Below, one piece after another: positions 39,149 to 54,439 of a DNA stretch of 64,000 nucleotides. The first letter of the stretch is position 1; every line of letters starts with the position of its first letter. A model generated the notes under the pieces. It was not told the DNA's origin. It ran no database searches and saw only the letters and a program-made list of their open reading frames with translations. The stretch is taken from assembly GCA_951406725.2 (NCBI GenBank), contig OX597815.1, forward strand, positions 103,044,001 to 103,108,000. The letters run 5' to 3'. This stretch comes from Octopus vulgaris (lineage: Eukaryota). The translations under genes and the position numbers were made by a program.

Positions 39149-39912
39149 GGTTTAATCAATAAGTATTCGGATTGTTGCCATAGTAACGAAATTAAAGCAC
39201 TCAGAGTGAAGCTACTTATCACAGATTGACCTTGAACTCTGCTGTGAAAACGCAGATAATCTGCATCAACTTTTTCCAAAACGATGGCGATACCTGCTCA
39301 AGGGCCTACGCAACATTTTCAAAACGTTTTCATCGTTCTCAACACAATCAAGATCTTTAGCAACTGAAACGTGTGTCTCCTTTTGGTCAGCAGAAAGCGG
39401 TTTTGGCACAAAGTTGGCAGACACACATCTCATACCCAGTGATAATGGACTGAACTGAACCGTAACTGATCTGCACATCCTCTGATGATTCACGGATGGT
39501 GACGATTTCCCCTCACAGCTGTACGCACATATGCGATGCTTATCTCAGTTCTGCTGGTTGTAGGTCTTCTAGAACTTTTGTCGATATCGACATTTTTCAA
39601 CCATCTTGGAAATGTCTGAACCACTCGTGCACATGTATGCGCCCCATACACTGCTCTTCATACACTTTCTGCAACCTGCTTCTGAGCAGGTATCGCCATG
39701 ACAACTTTCTCTGTCATGACAACTTTCTCTGATGACACGCTACGCAACTTCCTTCCAAGCACTGCTGTAAACAGCGGGAGTGAGCTAGAACGTTAAAACT
39801 TAGTGTGCATGCAGAACAGAGTTTGAGGTCAATCTCTGCCCTGCGGCTTCTCTCTGCGTGCTTTAGCTTCGTTATTATGGTAACAGTCCGGATACTTATT
39901 GATCAGACCTCG
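39146..39912 (-). mobile_element. Mariner-derived non-autonomous element with two 5' ends
   Basis: TA-flanked long inverted ends (atcaataagtattcggattgttgccata / tatggtaacagtccggatacttattgatcag); transposase remnant LGMRCVSANFVPKPLSADQK. Confidence 0.88.
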
Positions 39913-40143
39913 TATGTATACTTACATTAACTTACACATATGCACACAAACACACACACACACACACACACACACAGATTTCCTTTAGAACATTCGAACA
40001 ACACCTGGAACACTGAAATATTTTTCATTAATACGAATGTACTAATTTTTTCTGCAGTAATCGTATACTAGTTATCGCAGATGTTCGTTCACTCAACTCA
40101 AATTTAAACCCTGAGTATGTGTGCGTGTGAGATGCGTACACAC

Positions 40144-40198
<55 letters not shown>

Positions 40199-41453
40199 AG
40201 GAAGAGAGAGATAGAGATAAGATGAAGATAGAGACAGGGAGAGTGAGATTGACAGAAAATTATCCATGTTAAGTTGCGAAATGTGACTGTCATAAATATC
40301 TAAACCAGCCCCTCTTTTGCCCCAAATATGTTCCATTGTAGTGAAAGTTCTTCCATTATAGTTCCCATATCCGATGCTTATTTAACTAAAAGTTTTCAGT
40401 GGAATTTCGTTCCGATAACATTATTTTACAGTTAACAAGTGAATGCCAATGTTAAAAGTTACATCGGTAATTACATTAAACTGATTAAACTTATACATTT
40501 CCTCGCTTATATTGTTAGTATTATGAATGATTACATGCATACATACATACATACATACATACATACATGCATGCATACATACATGTGTGTGCATGGGTAT
40601 GCGTGTCTTAGTATGTATATTTGTATATATGTATATATATATAGGTACACACACACTCACACACATTCAAACACACGCACACACCAAACACACGTATAGA
40701 TAATATCGAATATAAACTAAATAAACTCCACAGTAATAGCAACCAGCAACATATCCATTTTTGATATCACTGAAACACTCAGCATGCATATTCCATAATA
40801 ATAGTTATAGTTAATTTATTATGTCATCTTCATTGAATTGCTTTCGATTTATTCAATACAGATATATTTGCACACTGCAGAATATATTGACCTGCAAACT
40901 ATGTATAAGATCACATCATCGCACGTTTTCTGAAGCTTTTGATTAATTTTGATATAAAATATTTCTAAATACGTTTTAACATTGAAAGTAAATAAATCTT
41001 TTTTGTCATCATTTTAGAATGTTTTTAAAACAAAGCATATAAAGATGATTCAGAAAGATACGACATACGAAAATAAACCGTATCAATGAATTATGCTGGT
41101 CGGAAAGAAAGTTTATAGAGGCGGTATTTGAAAGTAATATGTAATATAACAAAAGAAATTGAAAGACATCAAGAACGTTCGATACTAACTATGGGAGGTG
41201 TTAATCCAGACTTATAGAATTCATTGTGATAGTGAAAGGAGAGGAATACACTTCATGATGTAACTCAGTATGATTTCTAAGCCATATAGGTTTGTATTGG
41301 CTTTAGGCATTGGATTGTAGCAATTTGGGGCACTAGTTTTACCTGTTTATGTCAAGTTAGACCCTTACATGCACTGTTATTCAAACAATAACACTTGCAA
41401 CACAGATAAAAAATATGGTCATATACATATTCGTATGAATATGTATAAATATT

Positions 41454-41484
<31 letters not shown>

Positions 41485-42169
41485 GACTGTATGTGCATCT
41501 GTGTGCACGTGCTCAAGTGTGAATAAACTTGGCAGACTACCTTGGGTAGACACATTATCTGCCTGCCATATTCACACGCAATGCATTTATTAATCGGGTC
41601 AGTAATAGGGAGCACTTACCTAAGGAGTAGCAGAGCAAGACATAGAACCGAACGTTTTAATCACACAGTCATGCTCTATATATGTTTGTAGTTAATAAAT
41701 ATTTATATCTCTTATAAATCTATTAAGGATTAACGTTTCTTTTTAAATTATTGTCGACATTTCAGGAAGGCGATGACAAGCGATTTAAATATTAATTTTT
41801 AACTCTGTCTTACCATAGATAATTAACTCTAGAAAAGTGATCAACATGTAACGATATATCGAAAGTGCTTCTACGTGGTTAGTTTGCCTACAACATATAA
41901 TGACTAAATACTGCCTAGATCGCAACTGAGAGTCTCAACAGAGAACATATTCCATAATGTAGTGCGAGTTTGCTATGACTGGCAAATGACAGAATGATCA
42001 TGGTTTAAATACCATTAATCACTGGATTACACAATCAAAGCTGACTTTGCGGGTCAAGTGACAATGCCAATTTGATCCTTATTCCAAGCAACAAAAATAG
42101 CATGAAATATTTCTTTATATGTTAAACGTATATGCTGTATCTCTACATGATAAATAATGTCTGTATCTA

Positions 42170-42500
42170 CGGAATGTTCGCGCTAAGTTTGACAGTTGAC
42201 ATAAAAGGAAAAGTAAACTTATTATTCCATCAAAAATAAAAGTGTTTTAAAAATATTTTAAAATATGAATTAGATCTTAGCTGGCAAGTAGCGGTTTACT
42301 CAAAGTAGCCGCCCTTAGCTTTCATCACATCTTCAAGCCAGTTCCGGGGCTTGGGCAGTGAGTTTTTGCACTGTTTCCTGAGAGGATATTCGAACACCTC
42401 CTTGATCTGGCCACCAGATCGGCCTTGAAGTTGCAGGCAGACCGGTTGGTGTTTTTCACAAGCACATCCCACATATAGTAATACATGGGACATAATTCAT
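42170..42500 (-). mobile_element. Tc1/mariner-superfamily transposase C-terminal fragment
   Basis: PMYYYMW...TNRSACNFKADLVARSRR / IKEVFE...LEDVMKAKGGYFE* is a typical C-terminus. Confidence 0.7.
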
Positions 42501-42524
42501 TTTTTGTATCTTCTTTTTTGTGTG

Positions 42525-42779
42525 TCTAGGGAGAGTCATTATTCCAATATTATTAACACGTGCATTGGTTCAATTCCACTCCTTTATTCTTGTCATCGAA
42601 AAGGCTGCAACTATCATTGAAAGAGCGTTGACATACAAAAACAAAACAAATGACTTACAGTTTAACCAGGTTAAACAAACAATTGATTGGTTAGGTATTT
42701 TACCAACTGACTAATTATAAATGAGTTGAATTGAACCAGTGCGTGTGTTAATAATATTGGCATAATGCCTCTCTCTAGA
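42525..42779. mobile_element. MITE with about 62-bp inverted ends
   Basis: tctagggagagtcattattccaatattattaacacgtgcattggttcaattc mirrors gaattgaaccagtgcgtgtgttaataatattggcataatgcctctctctaga. Confidence 0.8.
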
Positions 42780-42904
42780 TGCAATAATACCCCCCCCCCC
42801 CATATATATATAAACCAACCCGCAGGCTGTAAATTACGGAGAAGTGCGACACCCATACGTGCTTTTTAGTAATCATTTAAAATTTTTGCCAGAAGGGTAG
42901 CTTG

Positions 42905-43087
42905 GGGGAGGTGGGGATTAGTCGATCACATCCACCTCATTTTTCAACTGGTACTTATTTTTTCAACCCCGAAAAGTTGAAAGGCAAAGTTGACCACGGC
43001 GGAATTTGAACTCAGAACGTAGTGACGGGCGAAATACTGCTAAGCATTTCGTCCAGCGTGCTAAAGATTCTGCCGGCTCACCGTCTT
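42905..43087 (-). mobile_element. Meta-domain-like tRNA SINE
   Basis: Same head and body as 34994-35181. Confidence 0.88.
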
Positions 43088-43496
43088 AGGTCCTTTTTAA
43101 TAATAATTATAATTACTTAATATTTAATAATATATGCTCCATTTTAAATTGACTAAACCTTAACTACTGACTTTAAAATGATGGTCTGAACCATTGCGAA
43201 TTGAACACGATATCAATACTTACACGAATCCGTACGCCCCCTTATTCAGCCTTATAACCCAGCTATCAATTTCAGCCAATCTTGACGTATAGTTAATTTT
43301 AGTCTAGTATATAGATTTATAAATTTGTAAACAAACCCGAATGTTTTAAATTATGGAGAAGAGCGACACACATAGGTTCTTTTTAATGATAATTATAATT
43401 ATATATATTATATATATTATTTTTTCGGTCAATTGTTCAGGTTTCGTCGCTTTAAAATGGAAGACATATTACTAGATAATATATAATTATAGTTAT

Positions 43497-43601
<105 letters not shown>

Positions 43602-44492
43602 GCATTATGGACTTTCGCGTTGAAGACGACATGTGACAGTTCACCTATTGCAACATCGGTGATTTTCAGTTTTTGTTTCACATTATTAGTAGGAACTGAT
43701 TTTGTTTTAATATGCGATTGCCAATAGATATTTGCTTCTCTAGAAGACCAGAAAGGCAGTGTTACGAGTTTAGCAAAGCCACCATCGTTTCTGGATGGTT
43801 TTCGTCGGCTACACATAAATTTTTTTGTGCTTTTTAAAACTATACGTCTATAAGAGTTGTTATCTGGAGACGAATACCGCAGTTTATCAGACTTTCAACT
43901 ATAAATCATTAACAAATAGTTATTTTGAATCAATACTGCTTCTGTCACTCGCAATGAATATGTATATTTATATATGTATGTCTTTGTGTGTGTGTGTGTG
44001 TGTGTGTGCATGCGAGGGTGGGTGTCTAGTTGTGCATTTGTGTGTGTGTTATTGGAAATATGCAACGATAATCTTCACGCGCATGTTTTCTTCAAGTATA
44101 ATACATATATACCATGATGAATGCTAGAAAATTCAATGTCATTGACCGTTCATTAAATAGATATTGAATGCAAGAGAAAACAGCGAAATGATATATTTGA
44201 ATGTAGGTCATGTACGTAATATATAATGAGTATATTTAGCTTTTGTTACATGAAAATGTTCTGCGAAGTTAAAGTTCTTTTTGAAAGACATTCGTTAGCA
44301 TGATGTGAAATAGTTCACATAATAAATTCTAGATATCAGGCGAACATATATTTTCTATTGTAGCTGGTTCAGAAAAATATGTGATTGTGTGATATTAGGA
44401 TGAAGTTGCTGTCAATTCACTGAAAGCATGAACGCATGATTTTTAAAGGAGAATACATACATACATACATACATACATACATGCATACATAT

Positions 44493-44585
<93 letters not shown>

Positions 44586-46989
44586 GTATTGGTATCCAGA
44601 AGACCGAAAATGTCAGGTAAGGCTATATAAGTGCTTTCCTGGGATAATGGAACTCCAACTGTAGCATTCAACATTTATGTTTATTTGTTTATTTTTATTC
44701 TCTTATTTCCATTTATATTTCCTATATCTCTCCCTGTCCAAAATAACTTCTTATATTGAACTCTATTTCTCTCAAACTCTCTCATATCGTCTCTAATGAA
44801 GCGATAACCCTCATATCCCCGAAACAGCTGTAAGATTACCTTTCTCTTTATAAATGCCCTAGAAATTTCACACTGCCTTGGCTTTGTTGTCTCATTTCGT
44901 TTAACACACACTTATACGCACACACAAACACACACACACATAGCCAAGTGTGTATGACTGTGTATAGAAGAATATAGTACTCAAAGAAATTTCAACTTTG
45001 TCTGATTTTCATGTTTTATTTACAATCTTATAATAATATAATGAAATGATATAATATCTAACCTCCATTCTGATTGAACTATTACTTTCATGCATTAAAC
45101 TATGCAATCTTCAGGTCCATGTAGTAGTGGTGACAGTTATGTTTTACAATTTACAACTGTCAATCAGAATGGACGTTTAATATTCTATCATTTCATCATA
45201 TTATATTATACTACATTATTACTTGCGATGCATCCCGGTTTGCTCAGGTGTTATAACCTACAAGCACATTGTATTATTTACTCCTTTCCTATGGGCAGAA
45301 AAGGCACAGCTGATATATAGTTAACGGAATAATAGAAGTTATTGTTTGTTTAACAGTGAAGGGCGAAGGTACAATTTGCATGGGTTTACATGACAGTGCT
45401 TTCTGTTCTTAAGAAGGATCAGAAACTATGTATTGTTTCATCGTATAAAAGTGGGTTAATACGATGTTGTCCAGTAATCACGTTTTCAAAATTTTAATTT
45501 CCCCCATCCCATTTATATATATGTATATATATATATATATATATAATCCCCTTCCCTTACTTCGCCCAACCATCACTTACCAGCTTTCGAACCCAGTCTT
45601 TCACTTTTGTCTGATGTTTCTCCGCATGCGTAGAATTCTATTGAAATAGTAGACTTAAAAAATACCAGACCACTACCAGAAAACCCAACATGCTAGAAAC
45701 AAGATGTAAACGACAATATTCCTGAAGAAACTTCCCCACTTTTCAAAAAGTGTGTAGCTTTTTTAAAGTGGTGAGGTGATAGGTAAAATTCTTAAATATC
45801 CGTACTCCCTGTTGTTTTCCTCCGTGGATTATCAAGAATAAACATTTGGAAAAAGTAAAAAATGATTTGGTGTTTAGAGGGAGAAAATTAAAATATTGCG
45901 AATGTATTTGGTGGGTGAAATCCTAATCTCCTGTATCATAACCATACGAATCGGAAGAAATTTTTAAAAAACATAACGGATAGGGACAAAAATGTCACCT
46001 CAAACAAGCTAGAAAGAAGAGGTAAAGGACAGAATTTCTGGGAAATCGAATATCAGGTTTCTAAATGCGCTCATCACAAAACACAAATTACTCAATAGAA
46101 AGAGTTCATTTCAATTGGATTTGAGCTCTAAATTTGCGCGTGCACACTGCAAGAAATGACATAATTCGTCCAGAAGTTTTAACCGTAGTGTGTGTATATG
46201 TGTGCTTTTGTCAAAGGAAGTTATTTTATGGCATTCTTTCGTTTGAAGACGCAAAGTTGTCAGCTCGACATATATGAGATCGTTAATTTCCGTAATCTTT
46301 TAAGATTTCTTTGTGCTTTGAAGAGAGCAGAAATTGAAAGATAAAGTGAAAAGGCAACATTTGCTTTGAAGTAGAAACGTGAAAGATGCACATGTATATG
46401 AAATGGATGTGCGTGTGTGTGTGTGAGAGAGAGAGAGAGCAAGAGAGAGAGCAAGAGAGAGAGAGAGAGTGAGCAAGAGAGAGAGAGAGAGAGAGAGAGA
46501 GTCAGTGAAGGCGTGTGTTGTGATATATGAAATTTTTGCATGTATGTGTAAGTGGCACTCACTCGCTCACTCTCTGTCACTCTCTCTCCCTCACACATAC
46601 ACATACGCATACACATTATCTTTCATATCCACGTACATAAATACTTGGAAGTAAAGAATATGTACACCACCCTTTTTCACCGTAAACCTAAACACCTGGT
46701 GTGCGTATTCTTTACATCCGCCCATAAATACATATGCATAGATCTTTTTTTTTTGCGTGAGAGAGAGCTAGAATAATAGGAGTCTTTTAATGCAATTTTT
46801 TTTTGGTTCCGGTTTGTTTTAATATAATATTTTTGAGTACATTTTCATAAATGTCTGAGTAGAATTCTATGCATGCGTGAAACATCGGACGAAAGTGAAG
46901 CATTAGAAGCAAATCGAAATATGCTCCGAAAATGACCTCAACATTGTGCGACCCAATGTAAAAAAGCGTTGTTAAATCAAAAATATAGA

Positions 46990-47355
46990 TAGGAGTGGCT
47001 GTGTGGTAAGTCGCTTGCTAACCAGCCACATGGTTCTGGGTTCAGTCCCACTGCGTGGCATCTTGGGCAAGTGTCTTCTGCTATAGCCCCGGGCCGACCA
47101 ATGCCTTGTGAGTGGATTTGGTAGACGGAAACTGAAAGAAGCCTGTCGTATATATGTATATATATGTATATGTGTGTGTGTTTGTGTGTCTGTGTTGTCC
47201 CCCTAGCATTGCTTGACAACCGATGCTGGTGTGTTTACGTCCCCGTAACTTAGCGGTTCGGCAAAAAGAGACCGATAGAATAAGTACTAAAGGCGGTGCT
47301 TCAGCATGGCCGCAGTCAAAAAGACTGAAACAGGTAAAAGAGAGTAAAAGAGTAA
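46990..47355 (+). mobile_element. Full-length tRNA-derived SINE
   Basis: taggagtggctgtgtggtaag...gggttcagtcccactg head and (taaaagag)n tail; same family as 32740-33207. Confidence 0.92.
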
Positions 47356-49039
47356 ATAATAAACGTCTTTCTTTATTATAATACAGATGTGACTAATTCG
47401 GAGAAACTTTACTTTCATTATCCACACATCGCCACTCTTGTAATGCAACACTTTGTGATTTTGGTTCAAATTGAAAGTGTGAAACTATTTTCATTTTCTA
47501 ATGTAATCTGGTCGTTGTAGAGAAGTGTATTTGAAATAACTATAGTTGGTTGTTGAGATAACGTAGAAAATATGTGAATGAAAATAAAGATTATTTGACA
47601 TGCGTAATTGATTTGATTGTTCTGGTCTTAACATCAGTTGATAAGAATAGAAGTTATTTGACAAAACCTTTTTGTTTGTAATTGGCACTCTGCTGCAGGT
47701 TCAATCCGTTGAATATTGAAATGATAGCCATCTTCTCCATTCCACGGAATAAGAGTATACCGGAGAGCATGATAAGTTAGATGAGTCCGTGAAACACGTT
47801 TAAGATTGTTATCGCGAGCAGAATGAGAATATAGGTGCAAAAAAAACGAGCCAGTGAGGTACTCTGTGTGTGGCTGTTCAATTTGCTAAAAATAACAGCC
47901 AAATCTCTCTGATGCTATGCTCTTGTTAGTATTAAGGAATGCGAAAATGTTTACTCCTCTTCATCATTAAGATTACAATTAATATTTTCGATTTTGTTCG
48001 GCTCTGTGAATTTAATGGGTTTTTTTTAAATGCTTTTGTTCATTGATTAATACAGGAAATTGAAAACTCCTGACCAAAACAGAGAAATTCTATCTTAACA
48101 AAAAAAACAAATAAAGAGTAAGAAAAGGTTCTGTTTTCCAAAGCCAAAAGATGTGTCTTTAGCTGGGTGTAATTTTATGATGAAAACAAATTCAAAATTT
48201 AAATTTCAGAACATAAGACTTACTACGTTATCTGATGTATAGCCGCAATTCACCTGGGTACAAAACCTAAAACAAATGTGTGTATGTGTGTGGTTGGGCC
48301 CTTTAATAGCCAGGGGTTAATTCAAATTCAATAACAGAAAGGAATTCAAAATAGCAACACACATAACCATATACATACAAACATAACCATATATACATAC
48401 ACATACGCAAATTCATACCTATCAGCCACTCCCAAAAGCCTGTTTGATCCAAAATTCTAACCACCATTCTTTACATCTTTGCACGCAAACACACACATTC
48501 AGCTTTTCGTTTTTATTCATTACTTTTTTCTTTAATCGTCTGTCACTATTCATCTGGTTTTAGTTTTTGTCTTTGTTTTTTTTTTATTTTGGAGGTTTCA
48601 CTTTAGCGACACAAGTTACACATGACACAAACGGTATCATCGTCAAAATGGAAAATGTGTTTTTTTAAGTTGTTTTTTTTAAACTGACTGCAGCAGAGAT
48701 GTGAAATTTTAAATTAATCTTAAGAAAGACGAGGGTCTTTCAGCGCCCGCAAGTCTCATAACGCCCTACTAGAGCCCATTTGCTTCAAAACGCCCCCTCG
48801 AGCTCCCCGGGGGCCCATATTCTCCCCGTTGAGAACCTTTGTTGTAGAATAAGTAACGTTTGAGTTTTGAGGTGCAACATATTTTCATGGTGAGAAATTC
48901 TGCGAAGGTATATATTTCAGATACCCAAACTGCGAAAACCGAAACATAATTCGCCTGTAAGGTCATCTTGATTATTCCAATTTTAGGAGCAACACATGTA
49001 ACAGCATGGGTCTTTCTTTTGATATCATTGGTACTAAAA

Positions 49040-51700
49040 AGAGATCGTTCTATTGAGAATAAATAATTAGAGATGAAAGACGTTACAATGTGCCAACAGT
49101 AAACGAGATGTTAAAGGTGTCAAGAAATATTGAAGGCATGCCATTATTTTGAGATGGTATTTTGCATTTACCAAAAGAATCTAGATGAACAATATTTAAA
49201 ATATTATAAGCCCAAATCAAAGGCTTCATAAGCAATATTCTTTTTTTATTCGTATGACGAACAAAGATGGTAAACTGATTGCTAATTTATGGCAGAAAAT
49301 GGAGAATAATGTTTGAAATAATGTTCTAACGTACCACAAAAATATTACAACATTACAATATTAAGAACTCTGTACGATTGCAGATCATGTCAAGGGCAAC
49401 CATTTTACAGGTGGGACCTAATCAATTGCATTACGTCAGATATGTCCAGGGTCGACTGAGAGTTGAAAATTACATTTGCCTTACTGATCATATTACAAAT
49501 ACTAAAAATAGAGTAATACAAACTGGTCGCATATTGATATTGCAACCTTCATTTCAGATATTACATTACAATATGAAAGAACATTGTCTCTAGGTAACAC
49601 AAATGATATCATAATATGTAAAGCCTGGTATTCTATTACCATGATATCAACATAAATATAAACGTAATTCATTATTTGAAGACATATTCATAATATAGTC
49701 AATTGGATTTTTTTCCCGAGCTTCCTTTTATGTCATGGAATTTTAAAACCAAGAATCACGTTATTCTCATTTACCCTTCACATTACAAAACGAATATTGT
49801 TCAATAAAGCTAATAAAGTTTATAACATTGCGTACATAGGGACCTCGAATTCCGTATCAGAGCTATCTCTTTCCGATATTCTAATATGTCAGATTGATGA
49901 AACCTGTCGTGAAGCAAAGACTAATGCATCATGTACACAGAACAATAAATGCTCCAAGAGATTTCTTAATGGCTTCAGAGATGAGACAATAAACATCTCA
50001 CGTACAACTATAACTATGATTTATACTTCTATAAACTCTTCGGAATATATCTTTAAGCACATGTATAAAGAATACAATTGTGCGCAAATACAATTATAAG
50101 AAGTTAATGGTTTTATTTATGATGATTCAACACAGCGTAAGAACTTTCTTCATGCATATGCTCTAGAATAATGTGGCGGTTGCAAAAATTCCAAATTCAT
50201 GAATTATTACATATTGTACTTCGTGTTTCTTGTGTTTCGTATTTCGTACACATTGATCGTCAACACCAATATCATACTTTCATTATGGGGATGAAAGAGG
50301 TACATGTTAGCAAGCGCAAAAGCGAAAATTTCTTTGATAGTGAGCTAAATGATCCAGATTAAATTAAACTTACCCCCAGTGTGTAAATCCCAAGCCGCCA
50401 CCGTTATATCTTTGAGATAAAGACAACGAGACATAATATGTGAAGATGATAACATCATTATTAGAATATATGCAGTATACCCACCCACCCTACCATAAAA
50501 ACTGATGTATTTCACTCCAAAATATCATTATTGCATGAAAAGGGGTTCCCTGTCTTTCAATATATTTCACATATTTATAAACCTTCAGCCGAAAGTAGAA
50601 AGCATTGGCAAAAGATGTAATGTGTATCGGAAGGGTACATGTTACGAAACCTCTACAACAAATTTCCTCACCGTTATACGTGAACTAATCTCTGTTGCTA
50701 TGTCAGGAATTTGGGCAGATTTCATTCCATATTTCTTGAAATAGGACGGTTGAAACGAAGAAGATAATAACAGTGCAGTACATGAAATTGAAGGAACTCT
50801 CTTTGTTCGTTATCTACACTTAGGTTTCTTTAATGATGAACCAATGAGTTTCTTGTGCAAAAATTCTGCTCTTTGTGATATCAAACTGCAAAGTTTGAAT
50901 GAACAAATATTTTCCTGAACGCTCTGGTGCTTGTAAGATAAAGAAAAGTAGCTATAGTATAAACTTATAGGATATTGCAAACTACCTGACGTGCATATAC
51001 CGTTCTAAGTAATAAAGGTCATTGATTCTAATTTGATAAAGATTGTAGTCACTCTGTCTCAATGTGTACATCCTCAGAACTCGAAAGATTGATGAAAAAC
51101 TGTTCTCATTGGGAAAATGAATCGTCAATATTCTATGAATAATAGGTACAAAGTTTGAATGAACAAATATTTTCCTGAACGCTCTGGTGTTTGTAAGATA
51201 AAAAAAGTAGCTATAGTATAAACTTATAGGATATTGCAAACTACGTGACGTGCATATACCGTTCTAAGTAATAAAGGTCATTGATTCTAATTTGATAAAG
51301 ATTGTAGTCACTCTGTCTCAATGTGTACATCCTCAGAACTCTAGAAGATTGATGAAAAACTGTTCTCATTGGGAAAATGAATCGTCAATATTCTATGAAT
51401 AATAGGTACAAAGTTTGAATGAACAAATATTTTCCTGAACGCTCTGGTGTTTGTAAGATAAAAAAAGTAGCTATAGTATAAACTTATAGGATATTGCAAA
51501 CTACGTGACGTGCATATACCGTTCTAAGTAATAAAGGTCATTGATTCTAATTTGATAAATATCGTAGTCACTCTGTCTCAATGTGTACATCCTCAGAACT
51601 CTAGAAATAAGAACGCAGCATTTAGTTCCTGGTTGCTTCAGACACAAAATAGAACAGTCAGTAAAGATGAGGATTTAGATATAAATACCATTGCAGCACA
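49040..51700 (+). mobile_element. Highly decayed Helitron Rep (RepHel N-terminal and HUH region)
   Basis: Colinear remnants: ERRYNVPTVNE; QLHYVRYVQGRLRVENY...GRILILQPSF; EF*NQESRYSH; CREAKTNASCTQNNKCSKRF; EYIFKHMYK; WRLQKFQIHE; FFDSELNDPD. Confidence 0.8.
50889..51605. repeat. 260-bp tandem repeat, about 2.75 near-identical copies
   Basis: caaagtttgaatgaacaaatattttcctgaacgc starts at 50889, 51149 and 51409. Confidence 0.97.
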
Positions 51701-51849
51701 ATGCGTTGAATGTTATTTGCCAACCTACACAAAGAACAACGATTACACTGAGCGTTTGCAAGAAAGTCCTTATACTCCCTTTGGACTCCACTCCGAAAAA
51801 CTCTGCAGCTAAATAATAGAGTTTAAATTCTCTTGTAAGGGGAATTATG

Positions 51850-53300
51850 CTGCAGACGTCATTGCAGTCAGAGATCATGGACATGATATACGTTAACCTA
51901 AGGCGCTAATCTTTCGGTATTACATACTGGAGAACTAAGACATACATTTATTTCCTTTAAAATGCATTTCTGTACTTTTCATCCATGGCAGGTCGTATAA
52001 TAGAATTTCAGGCTCTCTCTTTGACGGCTTCTACATTTGAGCCCGCTGTAAAACTGACCTTTGGGAATCATATTGTCCTCCATACAAATTCCATCAGGAT
52101 AAACGTAACACTAGTCATAATAGCTTGACAAGCACTTCATGCCTAAAGATGTGGTCTCGCCAAGTAATATTCATCATAGATCAAAGGAGGCAAAATTGTG
52201 ATTTCTTCAGTTTTTACATATATTGACAGCATAGTATCACAGTACTTTCACGATCAATCATTGAGCTTCCTGAAAACTCGCGAAGCCGGCTGTTGGAGCG
52301 ATTAATTAACGTTTTCGGGTCGCTATCTTCAGAAAACATATTACCTAAATATGTGAACTTTCCCACAACATATCTGGCTATCTTGACATCGTGATGATCT
52401 GCTGTTTTAAGTTCCAGCATTCCGAGTTTAAATTTAAAGTGAACGATATCTGAAATATGACGTCGCACATTACTGTGGTTTGCCCCTACGCTTGTAAATA
52501 GGGACTATTCTTAGATTGGGAACTGAAGATACTGTATGGCGTCCTTTGTCTGACGAATCTGGGATCTATAGCAAAATTCTTTCTCACTAAATCTATAGAC
52601 TTATACAGATTTACTGTTAACACCAGGAGTCTTCCCTGACTTGGTCTCACACATCTATATTCGGAAGTAGATTCAAACTTATGTCTTACAGAAATTGCGG
52701 AATATAATCTGAAGCTTTGTTAAAATGCAACAAGGAGTGATTTCATAGGACCCTAAATTTTTCCTCACGTCGCTTAAATTTGTCCGACTTCAGGGTTTTT
52801 ACGTCTCTGAGTAAAGTGCACTTCTCTTGGACAACATACGTTCTTGTTATGAAAGTCAACACGAGCCTGAGTTCTCTTTGTCTTGTTGGTTTACCATCAC
52901 TATTTTAGATGCTACAATTTTCTATCCAGTGAAGCATTTGCGTCTTTAAATCAGATGGTATATTTTACCTTGCTTACTGAAAATGACTTGATGATACCTT
53001 CACCTTTCAGGTAGCACTTGCTGTTCTGTCTTTACATTATTTTCTTCAAACCAGTCACTCGGCGTATTTTCAGTTGGAGAGGTCTATTAACACAGGGTGG
53101 TTTTTCAAGTTTCCTCACGAAATTATGCCTAACGAGCAACGAATGATACAGCGTCGATGAAGTATCAGGTGCCGGTTTTAGTTAATTGGCCATATTTGCT
53201 GGAGGTTTTCAAATGTACAGCATCATTTAACAGGACGTAATGCTCTAGTTGTTAGCACTGCTAGCTGTATATCAAGCTATAAAATATTCGATGGTGATAT
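51850..53300 (-). mobile_element. Decayed RTE (BovB-like) LINE
   Basis: SGKTPGVN; YVVGKFTYLGNMFSED; CMEDNMIPKGQFYSGLK (compare RMxDxRIPKQLxYGEL). Confidence 0.7.
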
Positions 53301-54145
53301 CTTTGCAAATGGGACCCCTTCAAATGAACCTTTATTAATAACAGAACGTCTGTGTTTTACAGTCTCTTAAAACACATACAAGATATGTTCATAGAGAATT
53401 GTTATATTAAATGCGCATTTAACATCTCAAGCTAAAATGTTAGGTTGACTTGATATTTACTGAAACATAACATATGAGAAGAATGTTCAAAATATCTGTT
53501 GTAAACTTCAATCTATATTATATGTAAATGTTATTGTAAAATACGTGTCATTTTCCAACAATGTATAAATATTGTAAATTTCATTCTCTAAAATAGAGTA
53601 AAATACATATAGACATACACACAAACGAACATGCACACACACACATACGCAAGCACACGCACACACACATACATACACATACATATATGCATACATACAT
53701 TGCTGTGAATTGAAACTCTATTGACTTATGAAAGATTATTAATGACGCTCTAAAATACTGCAGCATCATATCATGCTATGCAACTTTGCATTGTCGAACA
53801 TAAATATCACTTTATACTACAACCTGTACAAGACTACAAAATGTAAATATGGTATTTAATTGCAACCTGTGACATATTACGAAACATAAAACGCTGTTGA
53901 AAACTGAACGTATGCCAAATTGTATAATGTTGTAAATATTATTCTCAATTAGTATCTCTCACTCCATCTAAATGTCTTTTTATGTTTTGCTTACATTTCC
54001 CCCTCACTCACTGGTCCAATTTCCCCCTTAATCTTCCATCTCTTACATTTCAATCGATTTCTCTCTTGTGTTTTAGCATATTCCTTCGAATAGGTAGAGA
54101 TAAAACGTATATATACAAATGTATTATAGACTGGATCATCACTAC

Positions 54146-54198
<53 letters not shown>

Positions 54199-54209
54199 AC
54201 ATCACTATT

Positions 54210-54392
54210 AAGGCGGTGCGCTGGCAGACTCAGTTGCATGCCGTGTAAATTGTTTGGTGGCATTTCGTCCGTCTTTTTGTTCTGAGTTCAAATTCGGCCA
54301 TGGTCAAACTTTCCTTTTCATCATTTTTGGGTCGAAAAATAAGTATCAGAAGATTACTGGGTTTTGCTGGCCTAGTGCCAAAATTTGAAACC
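54210..54392 (+). mobile_element. Meta-domain-like tRNA SINE (diverged)
   Basis: aaggcggtgcgctggcaga...gagttcaaattc...ccttttcatc..tttggggtcga. Confidence 0.8.
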
Positions 54393-54439
54393 ATTATTAT
54401 AAATATTTGATGAAACGCACAGCTTATGCTGATTATCCT

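Noticed and set aside
50889-51605. CRISPR-like or regularly spaced array
   Set aside because: Whole units are repeated with no unique spacers, the context is eukaryotic, and there are no cas genes.
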